Of a stretch of DNA of 64,000 nucleotides, positions 1 through 13,090 are shown piece by piece. The position numbers and the translations under genes were made by a program. Source of the DNA: Camelus ferus (lineage: Eukaryota); contig NC_045698.1 of assembly GCF_009834535.1 (NCBI RefSeq), positions 10,666,001 through 10,730,000 on the forward strand. The letters run 5' to 3'. The notes under the pieces are model-generated. The model ran no database searches. It saw only the letters and a program-made list of their open reading frames with translations, and was not told the DNA's origin. The first letter of the stretch is position 1; every line of letters begins with the position of its first letter.

Positions 1-3000
1 GAATAAAATAAAACCATTAATCAGTGAAAGAGAATTGCCCCCTCCCCCCCATAGCACCTCTCTCTGCTTACTACCTGCCCTCCTCCCCCTAAAAAAACCC
101 AACAAAACTCTACACATCCCATCAAAAAAAAATTGGGAGGGGAGAAACAATCTATGTATGCCTATATCTTGAACACGGTTAAAACAAGGGACTCCAATGT
201 TTTAAATGGAATGTTATCACAATTTTAATAATTGCCATCTAGTAACTATCTTGGAGTCCAACAGAACCCTCCCTTTATGGCAGTATCTGATGAGCGCGTG
301 GTATTTGACCATCACGAACTGGGAACCCTTTTCTCAGGAAGCCAGGGGAGCGAGTGCTGGCTGTGCCGTGGCAGGAGGTCAACCTCCCGTGACGAGGGCA
401 GGGACGACTCTGCAGAGCGCCAGGAGCGAGAGGGAGAGTTCCTGTGTGTGCTGTTCTTGGAGGCCCTTCTAATGGGAATGGGCCCTAGCTGCTCTTGCAT
501 CAGATGTGATCCATCTTCCGGACAGTTTTAACCGTCCTCTTGTGACCTCTTGTAAGTATAAAAAGGAAATGTAGACAAAAGTGAATCTCTGAACTGACAC
601 CTGATTAGGTAACGAAGAAGAAAGGGAGCTGGCCGGCAGCACCTTTGCACTGCGGAATTCTTCACTTTAGGAAGCCCATGTTATGTTAGCTATAACATCA
701 CAATATAGGTTGCCATGAATTGAGAAAATATAGTTCTCCTTTAAAAATCTCATCTTCTTTTTTAATTCCGCGTGATGAAAGGTTTCTGGTGCCTCTTCTT
801 TCCCAGCCCCTGCCTCAAACCGCCTACCACAGAGTCACAGCCACACCGATATCCCATCTGTGCTACTGAGTCAACACTTGGCCTTCATGAAGAAGGATTG
901 TAAAATTTCTTGGCTGTTTAGGTACCAATTTTCCTAACCTGAACCAGTTGTGAGAAAGGTCAGCTTATTAAAATATTTTCAATTTTGGTATGTATGTCTT
1001 GACATGTGCTTTCACTAGGGTCATCCATTTAGGTTAGAAATCCCCAAAAATTGGGCACTGGGTCCCCCTACCATAAATCTACAAGCCAGCAAAGTAGCAC
1101 AGGACACAGGAGTGTTTAAGTGCTTTGATGAGATGTGTGTCCATCACAACAGAGAACCCTGATTCTCTTCCCCCACAGTTTTCTATTTCTCCTTGAAATC
1201 AACTGTTCATGGGAAGAAATGATGACTTTCCATAGAGATGAAAGCCAGAAGTAGGACCTGCAGATGTTCAGTTCTTATCCTTCTGAGTTTCCCAAACTTT
1301 TCAGGCTAAGGCCAGGGACCACTTGGATGAGAGGCCTCCAAAGAAAACTCTGGACCCACAGGAAGTGGAGTGGATGACTCAACAGGACGGCTCCTTCCTC
1401 TGAGTCAGCCTGGTTGGTCTCAGTGTGACCCTGGATTGGGCACTGGGCTTCTGAAGCCAAAACAGAATTAAGATCTGAAACCAAGCTTTTGCTCACAAAG
1501 GAGCCGAAACAGGAAGTTAGGTTTTGGGTGCCAGCTGAGTGGCAGCCAGACACTGACTGTTTTAGGTCTCCAGTGGCATCACTGCCCACTGTCCTGACTC
1601 TTCCTAGGGCTGTGTCCCACCAACAGCTCCTGAATCCCACCCAAGGGAGGGAAGATGGAAGATGCAATTCTGAATTTCATGGGAGAGGAAATAACACTTA
1701 TGAAAGCATGCAAATTATTAACTTTTAAGATGTAAAGTAGAATCATGATGGACATGTTTGTACCTGATAGCACTGATAAGGTTGTCCAGGATTAACTGAT
1801 TGATTTTGAGTTTAAAGTACCCAAGTGACAAGACTTATGAAATTAACCGTGAATTCAGTGCCTGGCTGTTTATCCCAGGATTTTCAGGTTTCAGGAATCT
1901 CTTGCAACGCTAAGAAACTAGAGACAAGCACGTGCTTAACTTCCACTTTCTGTGCCCTCTGACGCCATTCCACGTCCTTTGCTCCATGACTTATTATTCC
2001 ATGGTGGACTTCTCGTTCCTAAATTAAAAAGTCAGCCAAAGAACAAAAGATTTGGTATGAGATCAAACCTTGCAAATCACCTGTCAAGTTCATTTTTTTT
2101 TTTTTAACTTCTTTTACACCTAGACCCCTGGATGGTAGAGTGTATTCATAAAATTCCAGAATCAATGCTCTCATGTCCATGGTGGCAAAATGTCATTTGA
2201 CAGAGAATAATGACTTCAGCGGGGGCATTGTGGGGTGAAGAAGGTAGGTGGGAAATAAATGGACTATTAAAAACAGATTAATCATGTTCCCGCAAGTACA
2301 GCTCATGATCCCTCCGGCACCAGCCCACACAGCCTCCTAAATTAGGGAACCTCTTTGCCCAGAGTGGTATGCAGCATTCCGAACACTTTGACTGTAATGA
2401 AATAGTTACTCGGCTTGCAAGAGACTCAGCTGTGCCAATGAAATAAACTCAGCCACTTCGCGACCTTCCTCACACAGAAGAAAAGGACAAGGCGGACCAA
2501 GATCTCCAGCCCAGAGACAGGGCAGGCGAAAGAGGAGAAACCCGGAGTCTGGGCGCCCGGACTCTTTCTTCTCTGATGACTCCACTGGTCACCCAGACCA
2601 GACACATTATTCTTTTCCGAATGAAGAGGCCCCCATGCACAATGGCACCAAGTCAGTGGCAGGCAGGATTGCTGGTTTCAGCTCATAAAAACCCCAGTAT
2701 ACTGTAGAGCCCTTTGAACTGCCTTGTGGGGGTGTGCTGTTGGAACTCACAGCTTAACAGAATTCTGATGACGTTACGCATTGTCCACAAATGCAAGTCA
2801 ACAATTAACCTTGTGTGATAAGACAAGAATAAAACGAATATTGAAATGTCTATTTTCAACCCACTGAATTTTTAGTTTACTAACATTTGAACACCTGTTT
2901 CAGAGGAAACCCCTTTCCTCTGTTAATTTCCTGTTTTCTTGACCGATATGAATCTTTTTCCAAGTTAAACAATCAAATCAGCCTCGGCAACAAGGTCCTA

Positions 3001-3298
3001 GAGTGGGAATATCTCATCCACTTTTTCATAAAGAGTCATGCTTGATATTGTCCGTCTTATTCAATTTCTTCCACTTTTAATTCTTCAAAGTCTGAAGACC
3101 AACAGGAAATAGACATGGCACCATTGTGGCTCATTAGAATGTAGAAAATAACACATTTTTCTACTTCAATTCATGGTAGCATCATAGCCTTTACTTCCTT
3201 CTCTCTCAATATATTTCTTTTTATAAAATTCTTGATTGGATACTTTTAATCATTTGACCCTAAAGGGTAGATTTTTTTCTGTTAAGAATATTTACTTA

Positions 3299-3464
3299 TT
3301 TATTTTTAGAAGCATTTTTTTTAAACATTTGATTTGTTTTGGTGGGGGGGAGTGATTAGGTTTATTTTTATTTATTGACTTATTTTAATGGAGGTACTGA
3401 GGATTAAACCCAGGACCTTGTGCCTGCTAAGCACGTGCTCTACACACTGAGCTATACCCTCCCC
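3299..3464 (-). mobile_element. tRNA-derived SINE (camelid Vic-1-like)
   Basis: Reverse complement reads GGGGAGGGTATAGCTCAGTG...GGTCCTGGGTTTAATCC...AAACCTAATCACTCCCCCC plus A-rich tail. TSD AAGAATATTTACTTA / AAGAGTATTTATTTA. Confidence 0.88.
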
Positions 3465-3797
3465 AAGAGTATTTATTTAAAAAAATAAACCAAATAGGGC
3501 ACCAACAAGTTGAAAACTACCAAGGGAAAACAGATTTTTCTTTAAGGATGAATGTTTCCTCAGATTAAAATCAAAACCAAAAAGTCATTTTCTACTAAAA
3601 TATCAGTAAACTGAGTAGCCAACTTTTTGGTAAATGTTTCTGATTTGGCCCTTGTTCTCAAAATAACCCCCTCCCTCTGCCCACGTTAATATACTGGCCA
3701 CCTCCTTCCCCTAGAGCCCCCTTGCCGGTTGCATAAATCTCTAATGATGTTTCTTGGTCTGGCAACAAATTGTCCAGGGGCATCTCAGGTCCTCCTC

Positions 3798-3798
<1 letters not shown>

Positions 3799-3840
<42 letters not shown>

Positions 3841-3867
3841 CAGACACACACACACACACACACACAC
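3799..3867. repeat. Compound (CAGA)n(CA)n microsatellite
   Basis: Seen directly. Confidence 0.95.
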
Positions 3868-3931
3868 TCTCAATATATATATATGTTTTCCAGTTTTAAA
3901 ACATCAAACAAGCAATTCTGGGTCTTGTAGC

Positions 3932-4282
3932 TGACAAGACTCTCTCATTGACCCAACAACAGTCAGACTCCTCTGAGCCATCGTCTCCACGAGGCCTCAT
4001 TGACCTGGGGTCCTGTTTGCAGTCTGCCTAGTCTATTTGTAGCGAGAATCGTGCTCTGTCAGGTTAGCAGGAATCCCCACCCTTGGTGTCTCCTGTTAGT
4101 AATTTTCCATCCCTGAGCCCCTCCCTCTGCTCGTTGGCTACAAATCTCCACTTGTCCTGCTATATTCAGGGTTGCATTGATCTCTCTCCCCTAATACGAT
4201 AGTGTTGAACCTTATTGCAATAGTCCTGAATAAAGTCTTCCTTACCATTTTGACAAATATCAGATTAATTTCTTCTTTAACA
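3932..4282 (+). mobile_element. ERV solo LTR (ERV1-like)
   Basis: TG...CA ends, AATAAA at 4229-4234, clear homology to the inverted copy at 10462-10941. Confidence 0.75.
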
Positions 4283-4959
4283 TGAGGGACAATTAAAAGG
4301 AGAATAAAGCATATTTGCCCTCAAGCAACTGACAGTCTAGACGGGGAAAGAGACCTGTGGTACAACCAACATGAATACAGGCGGCATGAACTGAGTACCA
4401 TGGGCGGTAACAGTACAGGCAAAATGCTGTCTTTGAATTTTATTCTGTGTAATCATCCTTGTCATAAGATATATGGTTGAATAGGTTCTTAGTAGCATAA
4501 GCCACTTTTCCGTGCATGGAAAGGTTCTAGGATGTTACAAGGTGGTATTAAAATCAGCTCACAGATACTCTCGGGAGGATAAACTTCAGCAAAAGTACTG
4601 CACAGATTCACGCTGATGGAAGCCTGAATTCCCCAGGGAAATGTTAAGTTCAGGTGGCTATTACGGAGTTATTTTGGCCAAAATATAAACACAGAAGAGT
4701 CACCAGAAGAAAAAAAAAAGGAGAACTACATTTAATCAAAATGTGTAACAGTATCCTCAGCTTTGTAGCGCTAAGGGGATCACAAAGTTCCGTGTCATTC
4801 TGGAAACTCCCAGCGTGAAGAGGATCTATACTGATGTGTGCCAGGATGACCATCAATGCCTGGATCCCCCCTGAGGGCCCCTGGGAGGTGCATCCCTCAG
4901 AGACTGGGCTTTACTGGCACTTGGTCCCCAGTCAGTATATCTGCCACGGCTTATCAACT

Positions 4960-5612
4960 CCAATTCTCATTTCCTGGTTTTCCAGTTGCTTCACTACACT
5001 GTTCCAAAGTCATCTTCTTACAACATGGACAAAATCATGCCACTTCCACCTTCAAAACCCATGAAGGACTCCCACCGCCAACAAACCATTAAGTTTCAAC
5101 TCCTGCCTATGGCGGATTTGTGTCGGGTTCTTTCCCAGCTTCTCCTGCTGTCTTTCCCTGCACCCCGTGTCCCAGCTCTCCCCAACCAGTTCCCAGCCCT
5201 GAGCGGCACACTTCCCCCCCACTTTGCTTGGAGGCCACGCAAGCCTCTCTTCTAATTTCCCTCTCATCCTTCAAGGCTCAGCTCAGGTTCTGAGGTCTTT
5301 GAGATGGCATTCCCATCTCACAGCAGAATCAACTATTCCCTTTTCAATATCACTTCAATAGACAGTTGTTAATCTCTGCATGACATTTATTTCATTTATA
5401 CATAGCGCTATAAAGTTAGTTACTTATATGTGTGCCTGCTCTACTAGATCACAAATGACATGAGGGCGGAAGACTGTGTGTGTGTGTTTGCATTTGTGTG
5501 TGTGTGTCTGTGAGAGAGAGAGAGAGAGAGGGAGAGATCAATGTACTAGCGCAGCTTCTGGTAAATATCACGTACCCAAAAATGTAAATAAATGGACCCA
5601 AAGTGGATGAAT
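4960..5612 (+). mobile_element. L2 LINE remnant containing a (TG)n(AG)n microsatellite (~5475-5537)
   Basis: L2 3' motifs (TCATGCCACTTCCACCTTCAAAACCC, TCATCCTTCAAGGCTCAGCTCAGG, CTACTAGATCACAAATGACATGAGGGC). Confidence 0.65.
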
Positions 5613-7219
5613 TAAGTCAAATCTTTTTTCTTTAAATTTCAAGCTCAATAGTCTGTTTCTGACACCAAGGTGCATTTTATAGCATGCTTTGACTCCAACT
5701 CAAGGATACACCTTGGATCTAACCATTCAAGAATTTATCTGAACAGCTCATAGTTTCAACCTCCGACACCTCCTGGGGTCATTACATTCACTAATAGTCA
5801 TCTAAGCCAGCTCTTTCTCTTCCTTCCTCCCTCTCTTCTCTAAATAAAATTTTAGTTCCTTCAAATTCCATGGTAGGGGTGGGGGGTGGGCAGCTGAGTC
5901 CTAAAGCCAGAATGCCAGTATTTACTAAACAAGGCCATTCTTACTTTATATTCAAAAATAGAATTGGAATATGTAGCCGAGTTTTCACGTTTCTAGTCTG
6001 AAGAGTCCTGACCTCTGAGGTATGTTCTTACACACCAGCGTCTTATCTCTGTCCTTTGGAACATTTCACTTGGGCCTTTCTGGAAATTCAATAATTCTAC
6101 ACAAACTACACTTAGGATTTTAGGTCTGTGGTTACTTAGAAAAGGAATAGTTTTCTGTTTCACTTAAAATATTCTCTGCCTAATGATACCCACAAGGCTC
6201 TAGCAGGACGTCTGGGTTGACGTATTCAGGAAAGAGGAACAAGTCTCCTGGGTGGGACCACAAGTGAAGATCGAACAACGGATGCCCACTGTATTGTAAT
6301 GAAAGGAGTCTCTCCCGTGCAAATTCACTAGTCAATAGAGTGTACGTATGCGAATGGGTTTTTGTGCATGCAAGTGTGTGTTGCAACAGAACACAGGCAC
6401 AGGCTTGACATTTCTTTGATAGCTCTTCTCATCATTTGCAGTCTCACCATATTTTTCACCATATATTTCCTCTCCCAGATTATTATAAAAACCTGAGAGA
6501 TCTTGATTTTCCATATGATTCCAAATCCATATGACTTCCAGGGAACTCCATGGGTTCTACATTTCCCAAGAGATATGCTGGTTCTTTGGTCTAAGTCGGT
6601 TCTCACGGATGACAAAGTCTTCATGAGCCCCTACCCAGGAATATTCTTCATGTGTAAGATAATAACCACAGCTTGGCCATTTCCAGACAAACACAAAAAG
6701 GAACACCAAGGGTACATACAGAGACGGGGGCCACTAGGGCAGACAGAAACACTGACTGGAGTGTTGCAGAGCACAGAGGTACCACTAACACTGCTGAAAA
6801 CAAGTTGGAAAGGATTCCAAACGTTGTCCTGTTGAGTCTAGCCGCTCTAAAAATCAGGTTGCTCAGGCTCTTAAGGTTAAGATCCAGGACTCCAGCCAGT
6901 AAGCTAGCAGTGACCCACGGTGGATGGATAATTATTACAAATGGCCAATTCTGAGTTCTGTTCCCTGCAGTTTTCTGTTTGCAGGACCTACTCACTCAAC
7001 TGCCCAATCCAGCTAAAGGTATTTTCGGTAAATCAGTTAACAAAGCACTGAAGGTGAGCTGATGAGAAAGTATCCCTGACCTATAAGATGTCCCCAGTTA
7101 TTTAATGTGGAGACACATCATGTTGAATTTCTTTCTTTTCCCAACCTAAACACATGGTCCTGTGTTGACCTAAAGCAGCTGAAGGCAGGAGGTGGTTGTC
7201 TTAGGAGGGAACATTCTCC

Positions 7220-7325
7220 TTCTGAATCTGCCGTAGCTGAGTGTGTTACTTTCAACAAGCAGCCTCTCTGGGTCTCAGTTTCCTTATATACAGAATCAAA
7301 GAGGATTGGTTTAGATGCTCTAAGA
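7220..7325. mobile_element. MIR fragment
   Basis: CCTCTCTGGGTCTCAGTTTCCTTATAT core. Confidence 0.55.
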
Positions 7326-7395
7326 GAGAGGAGCTACTTTAAATGAATCCGACGGTTTAGATGTCTAAGAGAGAGGAGCTACTTTAAATGAATCC
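7308..7395. repeat. 43/42-bp tandem duplication with a 3-nt spacer
   Basis: GGTTTAGATG(C)TCTAAGAGAGAGGAGCTACTTTAAATGAATCC at 7308-7350 and 7354-7395. Confidence 0.95.
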
Positions 7396-10300
7396 AAGTT
7401 TAGCTTCTTCTAAACCTCAAATAGCTGGACTAGTGACTTTTCTCTCACAGTGCTTTCGTTTCCAAATGATCTAACTCGGCATCAGAGAGTCATCTGGAGC
7501 ATAAAAGAGGGACCGGTGCCAGCGTGAGAGGGAAGAGAGAGGTTCAGCTTGGAAACTGTCAGGTTCAGAAGTGGGAAAAAATCATGCCTGCATTCTAAAG
7601 GATGTAGAAGTCTGTTGATGACGCGTTCCCTGGATCTCTTCCCTCACAAAAGGGTTTTGTTCAGGCGTCCATATTTTCATGAGGCCCGTGCGTTTCAGCT
7701 GTCTTTCTCGGAACATGAACGTCAAGTCCATCTGACTGTTCCTCAGTGGAGCCTCTGTAATAGGCTGGTCTGGAACCAAGAAAAGCTTCTCCAACGTTCA
7801 CCCGACCAAGAGGCAGGGAAGTCAACACTCAAGCCACAAGCTTTGGCCACCATGCAACGTGATGGCAAAACAAACTCTCCTACCGGGAAAAGAAAAAACT
7901 CCTTTGGGATGAGAAGAAAGAAAGGGCCCTGGGCCAGGAACACGTGCTTCCACCTAACTCTATGGCTCCTGGCTTTCCTACACGTATTGCCATGAGTTTC
8001 TGTTGGACACACTTTATTAAAATTAAAAAATAATGTGAAATCTGCTTTGATGATTCTGTGGCATGGCATTTTCTAAATTCAACTATTTCCCTGGATAAAA
8101 TGCTTCAGTTCCTTTAGACATGGACTCTCATTTTTCTGTTGTTTTTGCCAAATAGACAGATGGAAAGGATGTATCGTGTAAGAGTCTAGGCTCGGATACT
8201 GTGGGGTAGCAAGGATGAATCAAAGCTTACGGACTCTGTTTGGCTTTCCGTGGCGCACTCTGGCAGCCGTGGGGTACACGTGTCACAGGCTGTCTGACCC
8301 TGCAGGCTGGGTGACGGCGGCAAAATTCTCTGTGTGACGCTAAAACACAGGGAAGCAAACAATGCAGACTGTTTAACAGGAGTGGAAATGAGTGAAATGC
8401 AAATATGGAAAGAGGAAGAGCCAAAAGGGACTGAAATTAAAAATGAAGCGCCCACGTGAATGTAAGAACAAAGAGGCATTTCTCAACGACTGTGAGAGGG
8501 ACCACATCTGCCATGTTGAATTAATCCTCCCCCAATTATACACTCTGCATTCACCAGAGACTGTCCATCCAGCTTCCTTCTGACTCCTCTACCCTCCCTC
8601 TGTATTTATCTTACACAGATTCAAGGGGTCAGACTTGGCTTTAGAAAGTGCCACACCACCATCACTTTGTATGTCGAGGCTCATGATGCAAAGAATCAGG
8701 GTATTTCGTCTAGAGCATCGTTCCCAGGTGGCAGCAAGTCTCAAACACGGCTAGACAACCTCTAACACCAGCATCCCTCAGAGGCAGGCTTTGCCTGGAG
8801 AGAGGGCTCATCTAAGCTTTCTTTGTAAAGAAAATAAAGAGCTTGGTATACTGATAACAGTACAATTTAAATTTGAAGTGCGGATGCAGAAAGAGCAAGA
8901 TTTAAGGAAATCAAGAGCTAGCAAATTAGTCTGCCCATCACAGTCTGGACTCGTGATGCACCCTGATGAAGGCTTTAGCTCTTTTCTCTCACCTCCTTCA
9001 TTCCAGTGTGGAAGTTCAGGTTTTTCCCAAACTCCATCTTTAAAACTCTCTTGTTTTCTGGTGGGACCAGCCAAGCGAGAAAGTTGGCCCCTGCCCACCA
9101 CCATCTACTCCTCTTGGAGCTGTCCGGCTTTATTTAAAAAAAATATGTTTTTTTTAATGAAGCAGAAGCAGAAAAAGGATCATATGCATGCAAGTCAGAG
9201 CATCTGTGCACATTGGCCCCACACTACCCACAGCCTCACAGCTATCAGTTTTCTAATGTGACACAGCAATTCTACCGTAGCTTCTTACACAAAGAAATAA
9301 AAAGTGTCACTGAAATACTATCACTCTGTTCTACGACTTGTTGAAACGTGTACACAACAGACATTTAACAGACAATCCTCCAGCAAAGGCCTTGACAAAG
9401 AACTTAGATTTAATTGCTTCTGCAGAGTTACTTTGGAAAAGAGCTAGTTTTCTTTTTAAATCATGAAATAATTTATTCTAAAAACACACAGAAATTTATT
9501 GAGGTTTATAACATAGAGACTGAAAGTGGTTTCACTCTAAGGCTCAACTCTGAATAGGGACTTAATGATCAGGTCACTGGCACGAGCTGTCCCTTGTCGG
9601 TCACGCACAGGCACGGCCAGCCAGTGTCCAGGAACAGCTGATCTAGTCCTGGCAGGTGACTCTCCGTTTCCATGTTTATCTTCAGAAAAATGAAATGCTG
9701 AAACTGCATGTTATTCTGCAGCCTTTCTCTCTTTCTTTTGCGTAACTTGTAAAATAACTAAACACTGAAGAAAGACATTTTGGCAGGACACAGATGGACA
9801 CACAAAGGTATGCATGTTGGTGTCTCGCAACGTTAATAAAGAAGGCCTGCAACGTGGGTCAGGACGTTCTAGAGAAATAAGCCCTCTCGACGGGCCTGAC
9901 ATTTATCCAGGAGGTCCTCTCTGCAGTGAAAGTTGTTCCAAGGTTAAATGGAATTCTTCCCCACCTTCATTTTAGTACACGTATTTTTGTCAGTAGAGAG
10001 ATCCACTTTCCCAGCCAATTCCCACTGACTTCCTACAAGTGGGTTAAAACAAATTAAGCTTAATCTCAGACAACCTTTGCAGCTCAGTAGCGACATCACT
10101 GGGAGGTACACATGCCCACATATTTTGGGCCAAACACCGTGCTATAAATTAAAAAGAACTTCACTGCTGCAGAAACAGGCCAGGGAAACCCAGTATTTTA
10201 TAAATAAGCTTTTTATAAGTTTTAGGCCAGCTTTGACACGTTGGTGGTAAGTATAATAAAATATCTACATAAAATAAGAGTCACAGATGAGTGAACTTTC

Positions 10301-10461
10301 TAATAAGTATGAACTTCAACTCTAACCACATGCTTTCCTTTAGCCTGCTAAAGGAGTGTTTTTTAGTTGGAATGAAACAAGAACTTACTGTGTATCATTA
10401 CACAATAAAATTGCCCTGAAGTTTTAATACAAGGGCTTCCTATGCAACTTATTGATTATTT

Positions 10462-10941
10462 CGTTACAGAAAAAGTTATTCTTACTTATTTTATGGAAGT
10501 CCAGGTGCTAGAAAAAGTTATTCTGACACTTGTTAACACAGTAAAGAAGACTCTACTCAGGACTACTGCACTAGGGGGTCAGCACTGTGGTGCTGGGCAG
10601 GGAGAGAGCTCAGCTCCGAATACAGTAGGACAAGTGGGGATTTACAGCCAACGAGCAGACTAAGAGCACCAGGGGATGGCAAATTACCAAGAGGAGCCTT
10701 CCAGCATAGAGAGAGTCTTGCTAAAGGCAGGCCACGGGCTTACACATCAAAGTTGAGGGATGAGGACCTTGACCAGATATTGAGGGTGATCAGATATCAA
10801 AGGTGGGGGGTTCTCTCTAAACTGACACGGCAGGACTCTTGCTAAAGGCAGGCCAGGCAAGGACAGGCACTGAAGGTCAAGGTCGAGGCCTAGTCCAGAA
10901 GAGGGCTAGCTAAACTCTGGTTAAGGAGAGAATCTTTGTCA
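10462..10941 (-). mobile_element. ERV solo LTR, same family as 3932-4282
   Basis: Reverse-complement similarity (e.g. TAGGACAAGTGGGGATTTACAGCCAACGAGCAGA vs TCTGCTCGTTGGCTACAAATCTCCACTTGTCCTG). Internal repeat TCTTGCTAAAGGCAGGCCA occurs twice. Confidence 0.75.
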
Positions 10942-11969
10942 ATTTCTACCATTCAAAAATTTTAAGTTCTTAAACTTCAAAAACATGCGAAGACTCTGTG
11001 AGAGCCTGCCATCAAAAGGGTGATAAATTTACGGGTTTTGTGGAGACGTTCCAAGTTAACTCTGAGCACATGCTTCAATTAGGAATCCCGTGAGGGTAAT
11101 AATCCAGTGAAACCTCCGTCGTTGACCAACAGTAATAAGCTCAAAGTTCTCTGCGTCTTCAGAATGAGGGCCATCTGGTTGGCAGCCGCTCTTTTAATCG
11201 GCCCCAAAGACAGAGCCTGTTATCACCTCACACAGAATTACAGTAACAGCTCTTTGACTCTGAAAACGAAATGGCATAAAACAGCCCATATTCCAGAGGA
11301 AGCACTGAAGGAGGAAAATCATTCCAAATTAAGACTCTGTGACAGGTTCTGGCTATGCGTTAACACGGTTTTTTGTTAGTTATGGCTGATACTTGCTGTA
11401 AGTGAGGGCTTTGAAGCACCTGGAATGGCGTTAAAGTGCCATCTTCTCACTGACCATATGAAATAAAAACATAAGCCTTCATTAAACAAAACGTGTACAT
11501 TTTCAGTGGGAAAAGCCCAATACAGTAAAGAACGGCCATTAGCTGGAAAGTAATGTGATAACTAAAGAAAGTTTTAGAACTATAATGGAGTCTTTAACTT
11601 CTACTGTATCGCCCCATGTAGCTATGGCAACGGGAGACCCAGCTACAGGAGGGAAAAAAGGAATCCTTTACATTAAGGCCCTCTCATGTTGATTTTTAAA
11701 TTCCTTTAAGTAGTGACTAACACTAAATCCGTGTTTGTTTTTTTCCATAAAAAAGTCAATTCTGCTAGGGAGCAGCATTTGACCTATACAAATAAACAAT
11801 TCAAAAATAAAGTTATATTTTCCAGAAAGTCCGGTCCACATTTTCCTTTTCAAGAACTGACATTAAGTTTTCTGCCAATGAGCAGACATTTCACTGGACC
11901 CCTCTCTTCCTCCTATCTGAAGCTGCAATCAAGCTATTAATGGAATTACTTGATCAGAACATTAGACCT

Positions 11970-12270
11970 GGACTTGCCAGTGTAGCAACCACTGGCCTCA
12001 TGTGCTACTGAGCATTTGAAATGTGACCAGGCTGAACTGAGATGTGCTCTAAGTATTTAAAATACATACTGGTTATCAAAGATGTAGTACAAAAGCAGAC
12101 GAAATCTCTCCTAAAGAACTTAATTTTGATTGCATGTAGAAATGATAGCATTTGCTATATTGGGTTAAATAAAACAGAGCACAAAAAATTATTTTCACCT
12201 TTTAAATGGGGATACTAGAAAATTTTTAATTATCTATGTGGCTCATATTACGTTTGTGTTGGACAGTGCT
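11970..12270 (+). mobile_element. hAT-Charlie MER33-like DNA transposon
   Basis: CATGTGCTACTGAGCATTTGAAATGTG...GAACTGAGATGTGCT...TATGTGGCTCATATT...TTGGACAGTGCT. Confidence 0.75.
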
Positions 12271-12956
12271 ACATCCCATAGTTCTTTGGGGGAGGCTGTT
12301 TTCCTAGCCATCTGAACAGAATGAACAGTTCACACTTCAGAAATAGCGCACTTGCAGAATCACATAATGACCCTACAATAGGCCATCTGCTCAGATGCTG
12401 ATTTAACTCTGTTACATAATCTTTTGACTGTATATTTAAAGGCAGTCGCCTTCATTTTTCGTGATGTACAGCATGCATTCAGAAGCAACGCAAAACGCTG
12501 CCAATAAACAACCGAAATGTCATGACCACAAATCTGTGAATCCAAGAAGTACATGGAAACCACTTTGCCCTTTTCTTGTGCCCTAAGTACCTGCCATTAA
12601 ATACCACCAATACTGTATTAACCTGAGGTTATCTAGGCGTGGCAAAATCAAGTACACCATTATGAAATTTTACAACACTCAACGAAGCCAAACTTTCAAA
12701 TACACATGGCATTGACTATATTTGTTGCAAAGGGCAGAGTACGAACTTCAGTGATTACTGCTAACAGTTGCTTATGTCATCGGAAACCTGAACTCACACT
12801 GTTTTACACACCAATATTATAAGAAAATAACTTTAGTTCATTTACTGTATTGGTCCTCAGTGCTTTGAAGTGTGATTCATTTAAATGTCAGCGTGTCTAT
12901 CTCCCAAAAGAGCAAGAGTAACAGTAGCAATAATTTAAAAATAAAAGTAATTTTTT

Positions 12957-13090
12957 GGGGGGGAGGGTATAGCTCAGTGGTATAGCATGTTGCCCAGCAA
13001 GCATGAGGTCCTGGATTCAATCCCCCGTACCTCCATTAAAAATAAGTAAATAAATAAATACCTAATACCTCTCCTCCAAAATAAAATAAT
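12957..13090 (+). mobile_element. tRNA-derived SINE (Vic-1-like)
   Basis: GGGGAGGGTATAGCTCAGTGGTA (A box), GGATTCAATCCC (B box), TAAA repeats, CCTAATACCTC, A-rich tail. Confidence 0.88.

Noticed and set aside
6180..6995. Cluster of overlapping 60-115 aa ORFs
   Set aside because: No recognisable homology or splice structure. Probably a decayed old repeat or unique intronic DNA.
12957..13035. tRNA-like sequences here and at ~3390, ~15040, ~25020 and ~52300
   Set aside because: They are SINE heads with A-rich tails and TSDs, too degenerate for functional tRNA genes.
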